Of a stretch of DNA of 64,000 bases, positions 51,925 to 61,976 are shown piece by piece (position 1 is the first letter of the stretch; every line of letters starts with the position of its first letter). Source of the DNA: Vulcanimicrobiota bacterium (GTDB lineage Bacteria; Vulcanimicrobiota; Vulcanimicrobiia; Vulcanimicrobiales; Vulcanimicrobiaceae); contig CAWETW010000003.1 of the NCBI GenBank assembly GCA_963812155.1, positions 864,001 to 928,000 of the forward strand, read 5' to 3'. The translations under genes and the position numbers were made by a program. A model generated the notes under the pieces. The model saw only the letters and a list, made by a program, of their open reading frames with translations, ran no database searches and was not told the origin of the DNA.

Positions 51925-52562
51925 TGCAGCGTACGCCGAAGCCGCGGGTGGCCATCGTTGAAGACCACGCACTCACGCGCGCGGGATTGCGCACTACTCT
52001 GGAGTCTTCGTGCGACGTCGTTGGAGAGGCCGCCGACGGCGTCGCCGGCCTCGACCTCCTACTTCGCGAGCGCCCGGACGTCGCCGTGATCGACATCGGG
52101 CTGCCGGGCATAGACGGGATTGCGCTCACACAACGCGTGCGCGCGGAATTGCCGGCGACGCGCGTCGTCATCGTCACGATGATCGACCTTGAAGAAGAAG
52201 TGCTGGCGGCACTGGCGGCGGGCGCCGACGCCTATTGCTTGAAGAACTCCGATCCGCAGCGCGTCGCCGATGCGGTGCGCATTGCGGCCGATGGGGGTGC
52301 GTTTTTCGATCCCCAGATCGCGCACGTCGTGCTGTCGCAGTTTTCGCCGCGAAAGGACGATCTTCACGGCTCACCACTCAGCGTTCGGGAGACCGAGATT
52401 TTGCGGCTCATCGCCGACGGACGCGCGAATGCGGAGATCGCCGAGCAACTCTACATCGGCCTAGGCACGGTCAAGGGACACATTCGCGACATTCTGGTGA
52501 AGTTGTCGGCTTCCGATCGCACGCACGCCGCCGTTACGGCGCTGCGGAGAGGGTATATTTAG
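51921..52562 (+). CDS. NarL/LuxR-family response regulator
   Basis: IVEDH, VIDIGLP, LSVRETEILRLIADG...TVKGHIRDILVKL; ATGA overlap with the kinase. Confidence 0.92.
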   Translation: MMQRTPKPRVAIVEDHALTRAGLRTTLESSCDVVGEAADGVAGLDLLLRERPDVAVIDIGLPGIDGIALTQRVRAELPATRVVIVTMIDLEEEVLAALAAGADAYCLKNSDPQRVADAVRIAADGGAFFDPQIAHVVLSQFSPRKDDLHGSPLSVRETEILRLIADGRANAEIAEQLYIGLGTVKGHIRDILVKLSASDRTHAAVTALRRGYI

Positions 52563-53252
52563 CCTGAGAGAGGCGTGCCGAGCATGGCGCGGATGCGTTC
52601 GCCCGCGCCGTTCTTCACGATGACGATCATCGAGTCGCCGGGGCTGCAGCGTCGTTTCTCCGGTGGGAATTTCGAGGTCGTCGTTGGGATGATCGATCGC
52701 CACGACCACGGAGTTGTGCGGGAGATTGACTTCGCCGAGGGTCTTTCCGGCAACGGGAGATTCGTCGGGAATGGCCACCTTTACGAGTTGCATCTTGCCT
52801 TTCCCGAAAAGATGCATCGTCTCGAGCATCGAGCGGTATTTCGCGGCGTTGACGTGTTCGTTGAGAACGTCGAGAATGAGTTCGGTCGAGGAGATCACGG
52901 TCACCGGATCCTCGAGCCCAAGCGAGTCGAAGACGAGTTTATTCGCCGGATTATTGACGCGCGCAATGCAGCGCGCCTTCGATTTCTTTTTCGAGAGCAA
53001 CACGACGACGAGATTGTCTTCGTCGTCGCCCGTGTCGGCCACCACGACGTCGGCGCGCGCAATGCCGGCGCTCTCGAGCACGGCCGGGTCGCAGCCGTCA
53101 CCGACGACCGTCGCTTGACGGTCGATCAGACGCTCGAGCGCCTTGGCTTTGCGTGCGTCTTTCTCGACGACCACGACTTCGTTGCCCTGATTGACGAGCG
53201 CGCGCGTGAGATACGAGCCGACTTTACCGCCGCCGACGATGAGAATGAACAT
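52559..53252 (-). CDS. trkA: TrkA/KtrA-type potassium uptake regulatory protein (RCK N+C), indel near 52640
   Basis: ILIVGGGKVG, VVGDG, TGDDEDN, IARVNNP; TrkA-C domain. Confidence 0.85.
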
Positions 53253-53262
53253 CAGAGGTTCC

Positions 53263-53940
53263 CTACGCCGTCATCCGGGCCATCGGCTTCGCGCTCGTGA
53301 ATCGCTGCGCGAACTCGCTGATCGCTTCAGGCGCGACGATGGCGTTGATTTCGTCGCCTTCTTCGAGCACGAGATCGTCCGAAGCCACCATCACGCCGCC
53401 CGCGGCACGGCGGACGGCCGCGACGCGCACGCCACCGGACCGTTCGAGGTCGGCGATCGTCCTGCCGGCGTCGGCCGAGGCGACAACTGCGGAGATCGAC
53501 GTCAGTTTGCCGAGATCGAACGATCGCAGCGAGTTCCACGGCGCCTCGAGAAGTACGTCGCGAATCAGCTTCGCGCCGACGGTCGTAGGACAGACGGTCT
53601 CCACGCCGAGTTCTTGATACATCTGTCCGCGCGGCGGATCGTAAATGCGCGCGACGACGCGTTTGATTTTAAACATGCGCTGAGCGATGAGCGCCGCCAT
53701 GATGTTTCGGTTATCGCCGTTGGTGACGGCGACGAAGCCGTCGGCGGTCGTCGCGCCGGCTCGCTTGAGCACGTCGAAATCGATTCCGGTGCCGACCACG
53801 ACGTGGCCTTTGAATTTCTGTCCGAGACGCTTGAATGCGGCTGCGTTTTCGTCGATGACGATGACTTCGTGACCGTCAGCGTCGAGGTATTTCGCCAGTG
53901 CGGAGCCGACGCGCCCGCACCCAACGATGAGGTATCTCAT
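53263..53940 (-). CDS. trkA: TrkA/KtrA-type potassium uptake regulatory protein, second copy
   Basis: YLIVGCGRVG, VTNGDNRN, VVARIYDP. Confidence 0.85.
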   Translation of the reverse strand: MRYLIVGCGRVGSALAKYLDADGHEVIVIDENAAAFKRLGQKFKGHVVVGTGIDFDVLKRAGATTADGFVAVTNGDNRNIMAALIAQRMFKIKRVVARIYDPPRGQMYQELGVETVCPTTVGAKLIRDVLLEAPWNSLRSFDLGKLTSISAVVASADAGRTIADLERSGGVRVAAVRRAAGGVMVASDDLVLEEGDEINAIVAPEAISEFAQRFTSAKPMARMTA

Positions 53941-54052
53941 GAACGTCCAAGCCCTTTCCCAGGGAAACGGTATTTCCCCTTGGGTCGTTCCGTGAGGCCC
54001 CATCTTGGGAAGGAGGGCTGGGTGGGCTTGCGAATAATCGAGAGTTTTTCAT

Positions 54053-54126
<74 letters not shown>

Positions 54127-54169
54127 AATTCCCCGACTTTCCTTCCCCCAAAGGAATCTCGGAGCAGGC

Positions 54170-54574
54170 TTGTTCTCGAAATTCAGTCCGGCATCGCGGC
54201 GCGTGCTTCGTCTGGCGGAGCAAGAGTGCCGCAATCACAGCCAATACTACATCGGTGCCGAGCATCTGCTGGTTGCATTGCTCGAGGAGCGCGATCCCGA
54301 CATCCTGACCCGGCTGCAAGCGAGCGGCATCGACGTGCGCGAGGCCCACGCCGAAGTGCGCCGCACGCTCGGCAGCGGCGAGGAGCGTCAATGGGAAGGC
54401 ATCCTGGTGACGCCGCGCGTGCGCAAGATCGTCGCCCTGGCCGAGAGCCGGGCGGAGCAGCGCGACATTGCGCCGCTCGATCTCTTCGAAGCGCTGCGCG
54501 CTGAAGGAGGCAGTCTCGCTGCCGAGATACTCCGGCGGGCATCGCCGCGAAACGCCGCGTCAGCCGCGGAGTAG
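54170..54574 (+). CDS. Stand-alone Clp N-terminal (Clp repeat) domain protein
   Basis: GGAG RBS then TTG; FSKFSPASRRVLRLAEQE...YIGAEHLLVALL...TPRVRKIV. Confidence 0.8.
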   Translation: MFSKFSPASRRVLRLAEQECRNHSQYYIGAEHLLVALLEERDPDILTRLQASGIDVREAHAEVRRTLGSGEERQWEGILVTPRVRKIVALAESRAEQRDIAPLDLFEALRAEGGSLAAEILRRASPRNAASAAE

Positions 54575-54583
54575 AGTACTTTC

Positions 54584-55210
54584 GTGGAAGCACTTCAGCA
54601 TTTCGTCGTTTCGCTCGTCGATCAGTATGGCTACGCCGGACTGTTCGTCGCGCTGGCGCTGGGCAACATCGGCGCGCCGATCGGCAGCGAGATCGTGCTC
54701 CCGGTTGCCGGAGGGCTGACGGCAACCGGCCATCTCTACGCGCTCTGGCTGACGATTGCTATCGCCGTAGCCGGCGAGCTGGCCGGCGAGTCGATCGCCT
54801 ATGCGATCGGACGATTCGGAGGAGTGCCCGCGATCGAGCGCTTCGGGAAGTACGTCGGGCTGCATCAGCAGCATCTCACGCGCATTCACGGATTTTTCGA
54901 GCGGTACGGAACGTTTGCCATTTTCATCTGCCGTTTTCTGCCGGTCGTCCGCGGCATCGCCGGCTTCCCGGCCGGCATCGCGGAGATGAACCTCGCGCAC
55001 TTCTACCTGTGGACGCTGCTCGGTTCGACGATCTTCTGTGGGGCGATGATCGTGCTCGGCTACGAATTCGGCGGCCATCTCGACGCCATTTTGCCGTTGC
55101 TCCATCGCAGCGGCGTCGTGGTAGGAGCGATCGCCGTGGTGATCGTGGTGGCGTTCGTAGTGGTGGCGTGGGTGCGGCGTCGCAACGACGTTTCCGCCGA
55201 GGGCGAGTAG
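54584..55210 (+). CDS. DedA family membrane protein
   Basis: YGYAGLF, PIGSEIVL, FFERYG...FICRFLPVVR. Confidence 0.9.
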   Translation: MEALQHFVVSLVDQYGYAGLFVALALGNIGAPIGSEIVLPVAGGLTATGHLYALWLTIAIAVAGELAGESIAYAIGRFGGVPAIERFGKYVGLHQQHLTRIHGFFERYGTFAIFICRFLPVVRGIAGFPAGIAEMNLAHFYLWTLLGSTIFCGAMIVLGYEFGGHLDAILPLLHRSGVVVGAIAVVIVVAFVVVAWVRRRNDVSAEGE

Positions 55211-55231
55211 CCGCACGGGGCTCGCACATAG

Positions 55232-57193
55232 ATGACGCCGCTCGAGCAGACGCTGGCGCAGATTCCCGACGCTCCCGGCGTCTATCTGATGATGGGCCGC
55301 GACGGCGATATTCTCTACATCGGGAAAGCCGTCTCACTGCGCAATCGCGTGCGCTCCTACTTTCAGGAAAGCGCCGATCACCACATTCGGACCGCCGCGA
55401 TGGTGGAACGCGTCGCCGACGTGCGCACGATCGTGGTGACGAACGAAGTCGAGGCGCTGATTCTCGAAGCGAACCTCATCAAACGCCACCAGCCGCCGTT
55501 CAACGTTCGGCTGCGCGACGACAAGCGTTATCCGTATCTCAAGGTGACGAACGAGCCGTTTCCGCGCGTCGTGTTCACCCGCATGGTCAAAGACGACGGC
55601 GCCCGCTACTTCGGACCCTACACGAACGCGCACGGCCTGCGCGAACTGATCGACCTCATTCGCCTCGTCTTTCCGCTGCGCACGTGCCGCGAGCCGATCG
55701 ACGGCCGCCGGAAGCGTCCGTGCCTGCAGTTTCACATCAAACGCTGCCTCGCGCCTTGCGTCGGCTTTCAAACTGAAGACGAATACGACGCGATGATCGG
55801 CGAGGTCGTGCTTTTCCTCGAGGGCAAACAAGACTCGCTATTGGCGCGGCTGCAGCACGAGATGAGCGATGCCGCCGACAACTATAACTTCGAATCCGCA
55901 GCGCGACTGCGCGATCGCATCGTCCACGTGCGGCGCGTCACCGAAGGTCAGAAGGTCGTCTGGCGGTCGCGCGTCGACATGGACCTGATCGCAATCGCGC
56001 GCGCGCGCGGACAGGCCTGCGTTCAAGTGTTTCTCGTGCGCGGCGGCAAGCTCATCGGCCAGGAACACTTTATTCTCGACGGCGTGCACGATCAGCCCGA
56101 CGCGACGCTCATGGCGGAGTTTTTTAAACAGTTCTACACCGCACGCACCGCGAGCGCACCCGAGAACGTTCGGCTCTCGACCGTGCGAATTGCGCGCGAT
56201 AACCAAGTGCCGGTGCCGGTGAAGGCGCGCGCCCGCACGACGCCGGTTGCCGCGAACGCGGTGCCCAAGGAGATGCTCGTCGCCGAGTTGCCGGACGAGC
56301 GCGCGACGATCGAAGCGTGGCTTTCGACGCTCAAGGGCCAGCGGGTGCGCGTGCTCCAGCCGCAACGTGGCGCGCGCGCCGAATACTTGCGTTTGGTGCG
56401 CGAAAATGCGGAGCAGAACCTCAAGGCATTTCTCGCGCATCAGGAAGTGCAGGAGACGGCGCAGGCGCGTTCGCTCGCCGAACTGGCCGACGCGCTGGAA
56501 TTGCCCGAGCCGCCGCATCGCATCGAATGCTACGACGTCTCGAACATCGGCGGAACGAATCCGGTCGCGTCGATGGTCGTCTTCGTGGAAGGGAGGCCGA
56601 AGAAGAGCGACTACCGGCATTTCAAGATCCAGTACGACCGCGGACCGAACGACTTCGCGATGATGCAGGAAACGCTGCGGCGCCGGCTGCGTTACCTGCG
56701 ACGCGTCACCGACGAAGATGCGCCCCTCGAGCGGGAATTGGCGCGCAAAGAGCGGTTCAACAAGAAGCCCGACCTGCTGTTGATCGACGGCGGTAAGGGC
56801 CAACTCAGCGCCGTCAGCGAGGTTATGGAAGAACTCGACATGACGGGGCTGTCGGTTGCGGGGCTTGCCAAAGAGCACGAGTGGCTCTACCTGCCCGAGC
56901 AGTCCGAGCCGATCGTACTGCCGGCAGGGTCGGCGGGGCTGCATTTGGTGATGCGCATTCGCGACGAAGCTCACCGTTTCGCCGTGACGTACCACCGAAA
57001 GCGCCGCTCGAAGGGCATGACGCGCTCGGCGCTCGATGCGCTCGAAGGTATAGGGCCGGTTCGCAAGAAGCGGATGTTAGCGACCTTCGGGTCAGTGGCG
57101 GCGATCAAACGAGCGAGTCTCGACGAGATCGTTGCCGTCAAGGGGATGACGCCGGCGCTGGCGTCGCGCGTCAAAGCCGCGTTAGGAGAATAA
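55232..57193 (+). CDS. uvrC: Excinuclease ABC subunit C
   Basis: PGVYLM...LYIGKAVSLRNRVRSYF, RIECYDVSN, DGGKGQL, RDEAHRFA, HhH. Confidence 0.97.
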   Translation: MTPLEQTLAQIPDAPGVYLMMGRDGDILYIGKAVSLRNRVRSYFQESADHHIRTAAMVERVADVRTIVVTNEVEALILEANLIKRHQPPFNVRLRDDKRYPYLKVTNEPFPRVVFTRMVKDDGARYFGPYTNAHGLRELIDLIRLVFPLRTCREPIDGRRKRPCLQFHIKRCLAPCVGFQTEDEYDAMIGEVVLFLEGKQDSLLARLQHEMSDAADNYNFESAARLRDRIVHVRRVTEGQKVVWRSRVDMDLIAIARARGQACVQVFLVRGGKLIGQEHFILDGVHDQPDATLMAEFFKQFYTARTASAPENVRLSTVRIARDNQVPVPVKARARTTPVAANAVPKEMLVAELPDERATIEAWLSTLKGQRVRVLQPQRGARAEYLRLVRENAEQNLKAFLAHQEVQETAQARSLAELADALELPEPPHRIECYDVSNIGGTNPVASMVVFVEGRPKKSDYRHFKIQYDRGPNDFAMMQETLRRRLRYLRRVTDEDAPLERELARKERFNKKPDLLLIDGGKGQLSAVSEVMEELDMTGLSVAGLAKEHEWLYLPEQSEPIVLPAGSAGLHLVMRIRDEAHRFAVTYHRKRRSKGMTRSALDALEGIGPVRKKRMLATFGSVAAIKRASLDEIVAVKGMTPALASRVKAALGE

Positions 57194-57197
57194 AGAG

Positions 57198-57581
57198 ATG
57201 CATCTTTTGATCCGCTTCATCGTCAATGCCATCGTGTTATGGCTGGTGATTTCACTGGTTCCCGGATTTCATAACAGTGCGGGGATGACGGGTTTCGGCG
57301 CCTTCGGCGTGGGAACGGTGGTACTGCTCGCCATCATCTTCGGCATCGTGAACATGCTGATTGGGCCGATCCTGCGCTTGATCAGCGCCCCGATTACATG
57401 GCTGACGCACGGCCTCTTCCTGGTCGTCGTCGACTGGATTCTACTCGGACTGGCAGTCTGGATAACGCCGAACCTCAAGGGCGGTTGGCTGCCGACCCTA
57501 ATCGGCGCCATCGTGCTCATGATCATCGGCACGCTGGTGACGATGGCTTGGAACCCCGAGGGGCAGGCCACCGCCGTATAA
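57198..57581 (+). CDS. 4-TM 'phage holin family' (YvlD-like) membrane protein
   Basis: LIRFIVNAIVL, GIVNMLIGPILRLISAPITWLTHGLF. Confidence 0.75.
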   Translation: MHLLIRFIVNAIVLWLVISLVPGFHNSAGMTGFGAFGVGTVVLLAIIFGIVNMLIGPILRLISAPITWLTHGLFLVVVDWILLGLAVWITPNLKGGWLPTLIGAIVLMIIGTLVTMAWNPEGQATAV

Positions 57582-57597
57582 ACGGTCCCTTCGATGC

Positions 57598-57633
57598 AAG
57601 CGCCGGCCGGGGGGAACCTCCAGGCCGGCGTTT
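57598..57633 (+). terminator. Intrinsic terminator-like hairpin after the uvrC operon
   Basis: AAGCGCCGGCC...GGCCGGCGTTT stem followed by a short T tract. Confidence 0.6.
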
Positions 57634-57634
57634 G

Positions 57635-57643
57635 TGTTATAGT
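57635..57643 (+). promoter_or_regulatory. Extended -10 promoter of tmRNA
   Basis: TG-T-TATAGT, 14 nt upstream of the mature tmRNA 5' end. Confidence 0.65.
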
Positions 57644-57657
57644 ATGCGTCTGGTCGT

Positions 57658-58012
57658 GGGGCTGAAGTAGTTTCGACAGGGGGATCCGCGATCGGTGTCA
57701 GCAGGCGGAGTTGCGAGCTCTCCTAAAACGATCGCAACGGCAATAACTGCCAACAACGAATACGCACTGGCTGCCTAATCTAGGCTAGTCACCGGACGCG
57801 GAGAGTCGGCCCGAACCGCTCCGCACTCCGGCCGCAAACTCGGGCTGGTACGCGCGCCCGATCTGACGCGCGTACGAGATGAAGGATCTGCAGCGCACGG
57901 TAAGCCCCGCTTTGAGGCGTCCGCGCGATCAAGCTAAATTCGAAGCTGAGCCTGGAGAACGCGCCGGTTAGGCTTTCTGGACTCGGGGGGCAGCACCCCG
58001 ACAGCTCCACCA
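57658..58012 (+). ncRNA. ssrA: tmRNA, one-piece; tag peptide ANNEYALAA (57749-57778)
   Basis: 5' GGGGCTGAAGTAGTTTCGAC and 3' CAGCTCCACCA (G3-U pair); ATAACT-GCC resume codon; tag ends YALAA-TAA. Confidence 0.96.
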
Positions 58013-58021
58013 GATTTTGCG

Positions 58022-58057
58022 AAGCCCGGTGACGTATCGTTACCGGGCTTTTGTTTT
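58022..58057 (+). terminator. Intrinsic terminator of ssrA
   Basis: AAGCCCGGTGACG-TAT-CGTTACCGGGCTT-TTGTTTT. Confidence 0.9.
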
Positions 58058-58082
58058 GCCTCCCGAGCGAATGTGAGAGATT

Positions 58083-58733
58083 TCAGAAGTTATTCGTTAG
58101 AACTTCCTGGAGCGCCGGGGCGTGAAGTAAATCGCCGGCGATGGGCGGGCATGCCGGCGCCGGCTTTGGCGCACCTGCGGCGGCCGAGTTCGTAATCCAG
58201 CATTTGCCCGGAAGAATCGCACAATAGCAAGTCACCATGTTGAAGCGGCCGAGCCCATTGAGCAGCGCGGTGGCGTAGCGCTTGCCGGTAAACGAAAAGG
58301 CCAGGCTCGTATCCCCGGGCCGAATCACCGAGCCGGGCTGGGCGCTGTCGATGGTCAACCCGAGGCGCTCCCCTTTGCCGGATCGTGCGACGATATTCGG
58401 TCCCAGGATGGCATGAAGGATGTCGATGAAGTTCGACTTCGGGACGCCGTCCACGGTGGCTTTGGCACTTCCGAGGATCGCCGGACCAAGACCGTCGTTG
58501 GAAAGATGAATCTCGACGCGGTCGTTGCGGAAACCCTCACTCAACGAAACGTATGGCCACACCTGCGCGCCAAGTTGGTCCTGCAAAACCTTTGTCTGCG
58601 TCTGGAGCACGCGTGCCTGCCACCACGATGCGCCGGCAGCCAACGTGGAAATCAGCAGCGCACACAGGGCGATGACGAAATCGAAGCGGAGTCCCCGCTC
58701 GACCTTCGCAACGGGATCGTTCCTTCGGGCCAT
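58083..58733 (-). CDS. Hypothetical single-TM membrane-anchored protein
   Basis: ATG 58733 overlaps the upstream TAA; TM FVIALCALLISTLAAGASWWQ; QVWPY, NDGLGPA, CYC...CW. Confidence 0.7.
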   Translation of the reverse strand: MARRNDPVAKVERGLRFDFVIALCALLISTLAAGASWWQARVLQTQTKVLQDQLGAQVWPYVSLSEGFRNDRVEIHLSNDGLGPAILGSAKATVDGVPKSNFIDILHAILGPNIVARSGKGERLGLTIDSAQPGSVIRPGDTSLAFSFTGKRYATALLNGLGRFNMVTCYCAILPGKCWITNSAAAGAPKPAPACPPIAGDLLHAPALQEVLTNNF

Positions 58734-60184
58734 TATGGTGCTCCCGTATACCCGGGCTTGTACGGCCCCTCGAAACCATCGGGCAGAATCAACGGCGGAC
58801 GAGGCGGTTGCGCGAAGTCGAAGTCGTTGCGCAAATCGCCTAACAGTCTGAAGTTTTCGGGCACGCCGGGACGCGAATCGGGGCGCCCGTCGGTTTGCGG
58901 ATCGATGCGCAGGCTGTCGAGGAAATCGTCCTCGATGAACTTGACGTAGGCGTCGTGACTGAGGGTTTGATGATCGACGTACGCCCTGCGCGCATACGCA
59001 CTGATAACCAGACCTGGCACGCGCAACCCGTATCCCAAGGCGTTGACTTTCGGCGGAGCGACGTGATCGTAAAACCCGCCCCAATCGTCCCAGCTGAGGA
59101 AGATCGCGGTCGAATTCCAATACTTGCTGCGAGCAATTGCATTGACGATACCCGCGACGTACGCCTGCCCCGTGCTGAGTAACCCAGGAGGGTGCTCGCT
59201 GTAGCGGTTAGACGGCGTGAGCCATACGACCGACGGCAACGTTCCATTTGCGACGTCGCTGAAGAAGAACGACGTGTCTTTGACGTTGCCGAGCTCGCCG
59301 TCGGCTTTTACGTCCGTGAAGTTCGGCAAAGGATTCCAAATGCCGGGCGTCCGCGCGGTTTGCGGCTTGAGCCGGCAACTTTGCTGATCGCCGTCGCAGT
59401 CCGGTTCGAATCCGTCCATTACGTAGTAGGCCCACGAAACGTGATGCGCGTGTAAGAGATAGGTCAGATCCGTCCACGCATAGGAGGGTCTGCCGGGGAT
59501 TCGATCCTTTCGATCGAGCAAATCGCGTGGGAGTTCGTCGTCGTCGTTATCCTTGCGGTCGGACGCGCAACTCATCGGATCGCCGGCCGTTTTACATTGG
59601 GCCGCCCATTCAGACACCATGTACTGATGTGCGGGTAAACTCCACGACGCCACCGGTGAAAACATCCGATCCTGCAAAACGAAGTTTTGGGCGTACGCCC
59701 AATAATCGGGAAGCTCGCGCTGCGTGTGATACCCCATGACGGTCGTTTCGCGCCCGCGTACGACGCACGTCGGAATGTCGGTCGGGCACCCGCCGGTACC
59801 TTTGGCGCCCTGCATGATCCGAACGAAACCATCCATCTTGCCCCCGTCGATGTCTGCGTCGGCGGCCTTGGCGCCGTGCGGCCCTCCCAAATTTTCGTCG
59901 GCGGTCTCGTGGTACGGGCGAATACAAGAGCCGCGTCCGTTCGGAACGCACACCGTCGGAACGCCGTCACGCATCGCGATGCCGTCGGCACCGGGATACG
60001 TCCCGAAATAGCTGTCGAACGAGCGATTCTCTTGCATGATGATGACGACGTGCTCGATCTTGTGAATCCCGTCGTTTGGCGGATTGGGCGGAGCGGCTCC
60101 GGCGCTCGCAAGAAGCAGGAGCGTCGCCTGAGCGACGGTGCCTATGCGCGAGGACACGGCATCCAAGCGAAACATACCACTCAT
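58733..60184 (-). CDS. Phosphoesterase (phospholipase C family), exported
   Basis: [49 protein letters not shown]. Confidence 0.9.
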   Translation of the reverse strand: MSGMFRLDAVSSRIGTVAQATLLLLASAGAAPPNPPNDGIHKIEHVVIIMQENRSFDSYFGTYPGADGIAMRDGVPTVCVPNGRGSCIRPYHETADENLGGPHGAKAADADIDGGKMDGFVRIMQGAKGTGGCPTDIPTCVVRGRETTVMGYHTQRELPDYWAYAQNFVLQDRMFSPVASWSLPAHQYMVSEWAAQCKTAGDPMSCASDRKDNDDDELPRDLLDRKDRIPGRPSYAWTDLTYLLHAHHVSWAYYVMDGFEPDCDGDQQSCRLKPQTARTPGIWNPLPNFTDVKADGELGNVKDTSFFFSDVANGTLPSVVWLTPSNRYSEHPPGLLSTGQAYVAGIVNAIARSKYWNSTAIFLSWDDWGGFYDHVAPPKVNALGYGLRVPGLVISAYARRAYVDHQTLSHDAYVKFIEDDFLDSLRIDPQTDGRPDSRPGVPENFRLLGDLRNDFDFAQPPRPPLILPDGFEGPYKPGYTGAP

Positions 60185-60188
60185 ACTT

Positions 60189-61532
60189 TTAGGGAGTCAG
60201 TCTGAAAACCGTTCCGCAGCCGCTGGCTCCGCCGGGTCCGCCGTCGGAGCATTGCGTACCAGCGCCGCCGGAGCGAGTCGTTCCGTACAGCGCGCCGCCG
60301 GAATCCATAAGAAGATTGGTCTGCTGCGGTTCGGCGCCGTTCACCGGTCTTTTGAAGGCGAGTAGGACCCCAAACTCATAGTGCGATCCTGACGGCACGA
60401 GAGAAAAGACCGTCCCGCAGCCGATGCCGTTACAGCCTCCTCCGCCGAGAGCCGCGGTTCCGTAGAGCGTGCCGCCGCGCTGTAGCAACAGCGTTCCTTC
60501 CGGCAAGAATCCGTCGTTTTTCCCATTGAAACTGTACAGCACCGATTCTGAGTACGACGCACCGTGCGGCGACAGTTTGAATACCGTGCCGTCGGTAAAA
60601 GCACCGCCCCAAAACGTCGTTCCGAACACTACGCCGGTTCGTTCGTTGACGGTGAGCGTTCCGAACGGAAGGTTACCGTCGGAACCGGTAAACGCGTGGA
60701 TGACGCGTTCGGAGTAGCCCGACCCGGCGGGCGTGAGTTCGAAGACCGTCCCGCAGCCGCCGGCGCTGCCGCAGTAGCCTTGGGTGCCGCCTCCGTACAT
60801 CGTCGTTCCGTAGATGTTGCCGTGCTTGTCGATCGTCAATCCGGCTTGGGGCAAATTGCCGCCGGAACCGCCGGGAAAGCTGTAAACGATGCTTTCCTTG
60901 TAACCCGAGCCGCGCGGAGTCAGTCGAAAAATCGTGCCGGCGTTGCGCGCACCGCCAAAGGACGTGACACCGAAAATCGAGCCGTCGCCGGCAACGACGG
61001 GCGGACCAATCGGCTCCCAGCCGTCAGGGCTTCCTTTGAAACGATAAAGCACGCGCTCGGTGTCGCCCGATGCGCCCGGCGTCAACTCGTACACGGTTCC
61101 CCAGCCGTTGCCGCCGTTGCCTGAACTGCCTCCAAGAAACGTGATGCCGTAGATGACGCCCTTTGCGCCGGCGACGATTCCCCAGGGCGATATGCCGTCG
61201 AGGCCGCCGTTGAAGTCGTAGACGATGGTTTCGGCGTAGCCCGAGGATGCGGGGGTAAGTTTAAAGACGCATCCCGCGCCCTTGCCGCCGAAGAGCGTCG
61301 TGCCGTAGATCGCGCCGGCTTTGCCCGAGAGCATGTTACTGACCGGACCGGCGCCGTCGGCACCGCTGAAGCTATGGAGAACGGTTTCCGTCGCCATACC
61401 GGCGGATGCAGTCTCCGGCGCTCCACGTGCGGCTTCATCTTTTGGAGTGAAAGGCACGTTGCCCGACGAGCACGCTGCCAGGGACACGAACAACGCCGCG
61501 AATAGCGCCGTTAGCCAACGTACTCCAAGCAT
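60189..61532 (-). CDS. Tandem-repeat (GloVer-type choice-of-anchor) beta-propeller lipoprotein
   Basis: Lipobox LAAC; 7 repeats of GxxYGTTxxGG...GTVFxLTP...ExVLYxF. Confidence 0.85.
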   Translation of the reverse strand: MLGVRWLTALFAALFVSLAACSSGNVPFTPKDEAARGAPETASAGMATETVLHSFSGADGAGPVSNMLSGKAGAIYGTTLFGGKGAGCVFKLTPASSGYAETIVYDFNGGLDGISPWGIVAGAKGVIYGITFLGGSSGNGGNGWGTVYELTPGASGDTERVLYRFKGSPDGWEPIGPPVVAGDGSIFGVTSFGGARNAGTIFRLTPRGSGYKESIVYSFPGGSGGNLPQAGLTIDKHGNIYGTTMYGGGTQGYCGSAGGCGTVFELTPAGSGYSERVIHAFTGSDGNLPFGTLTVNERTGVVFGTTFWGGAFTDGTVFKLSPHGASYSESVLYSFNGKNDGFLPEGTLLLQRGGTLYGTAALGGGGCNGIGCGTVFSLVPSGSHYEFGVLLAFKRPVNGAEPQQTNLLMDSGGALYGTTRSGGAGTQCSDGGPGGASGCGTVFRLTP

Positions 61533-61588
61533 TTTGCGTCCTTCCGATGAGATGGAGGCAATCGCGCAATGACGAACGAGAAGCGCGC

Positions 61589-61906
61589 ATGAAGCGTTCG
61601 CCGTTGGTCACCGCCGCTCTTGTGCTCGCGGTCCTGGCAGGTCGCGTTACGGACGCGACGACAGGACAGCCCCTGCCCCACGTGACGATAGCGATCGGGT
61701 CGCACCACGCGAACACCGACGCGCACGGTGCTTACCGCCTGACCGGACTATCGCCTGGCCGCCATACGTTATTGGCAAGTTCCGACGACGTGCCGCCGCA
61801 ACGCCGCGACATCGTCGTGAAGGCGCAGGGTGCGGATACAATCCTCAACCTCGTGCTCTGCAGCACGACGTTGGATTACGGCTGCGGCGCCGCCGGCCCG
61901 GGCTAG
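61589..61906 (+). CDS. Small exported carboxypeptidase-regulatory-like domain protein
   Basis: GRVTDATTGQPLPHVTI...TDAHGAYRLTGLSPGRHTL. Confidence 0.75.
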   Translation: MKRSPLVTAALVLAVLAGRVTDATTGQPLPHVTIAIGSHHANTDAHGAYRLTGLSPGRHTLLASSDDVPPQRRDIVVKAQGADTILNLVLCSTTLDYGCGAAGPG

Positions 61907-61976
61907 TACTTCAGCAGTCGCCTTTCGTAAACGCCAACGCGCCGGAGTCGATCCGCCTCGGTGCGCTCTGATGCTC

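Noticed and set aside
10615..53252. Many frameshifted genes (ndh-like, DRE-TIM, fumC, tauE, cyclase, plsY, der, mutL, hfq, dapF, kdpABC, trkA) read as pseudogenes or programmed frameshifts
   Set aside because: They include essential genes (der, plsY), are single-base indels often at homopolymers, and leave motifs intact; best explained as long-read consensus errors.
57198..57581. Prophage suggested by the holin-family gene beside tmRNA
   Set aside because: This 4-TM family is a common chromosomal gene; no integrase, endolysin or structural phage genes are present.
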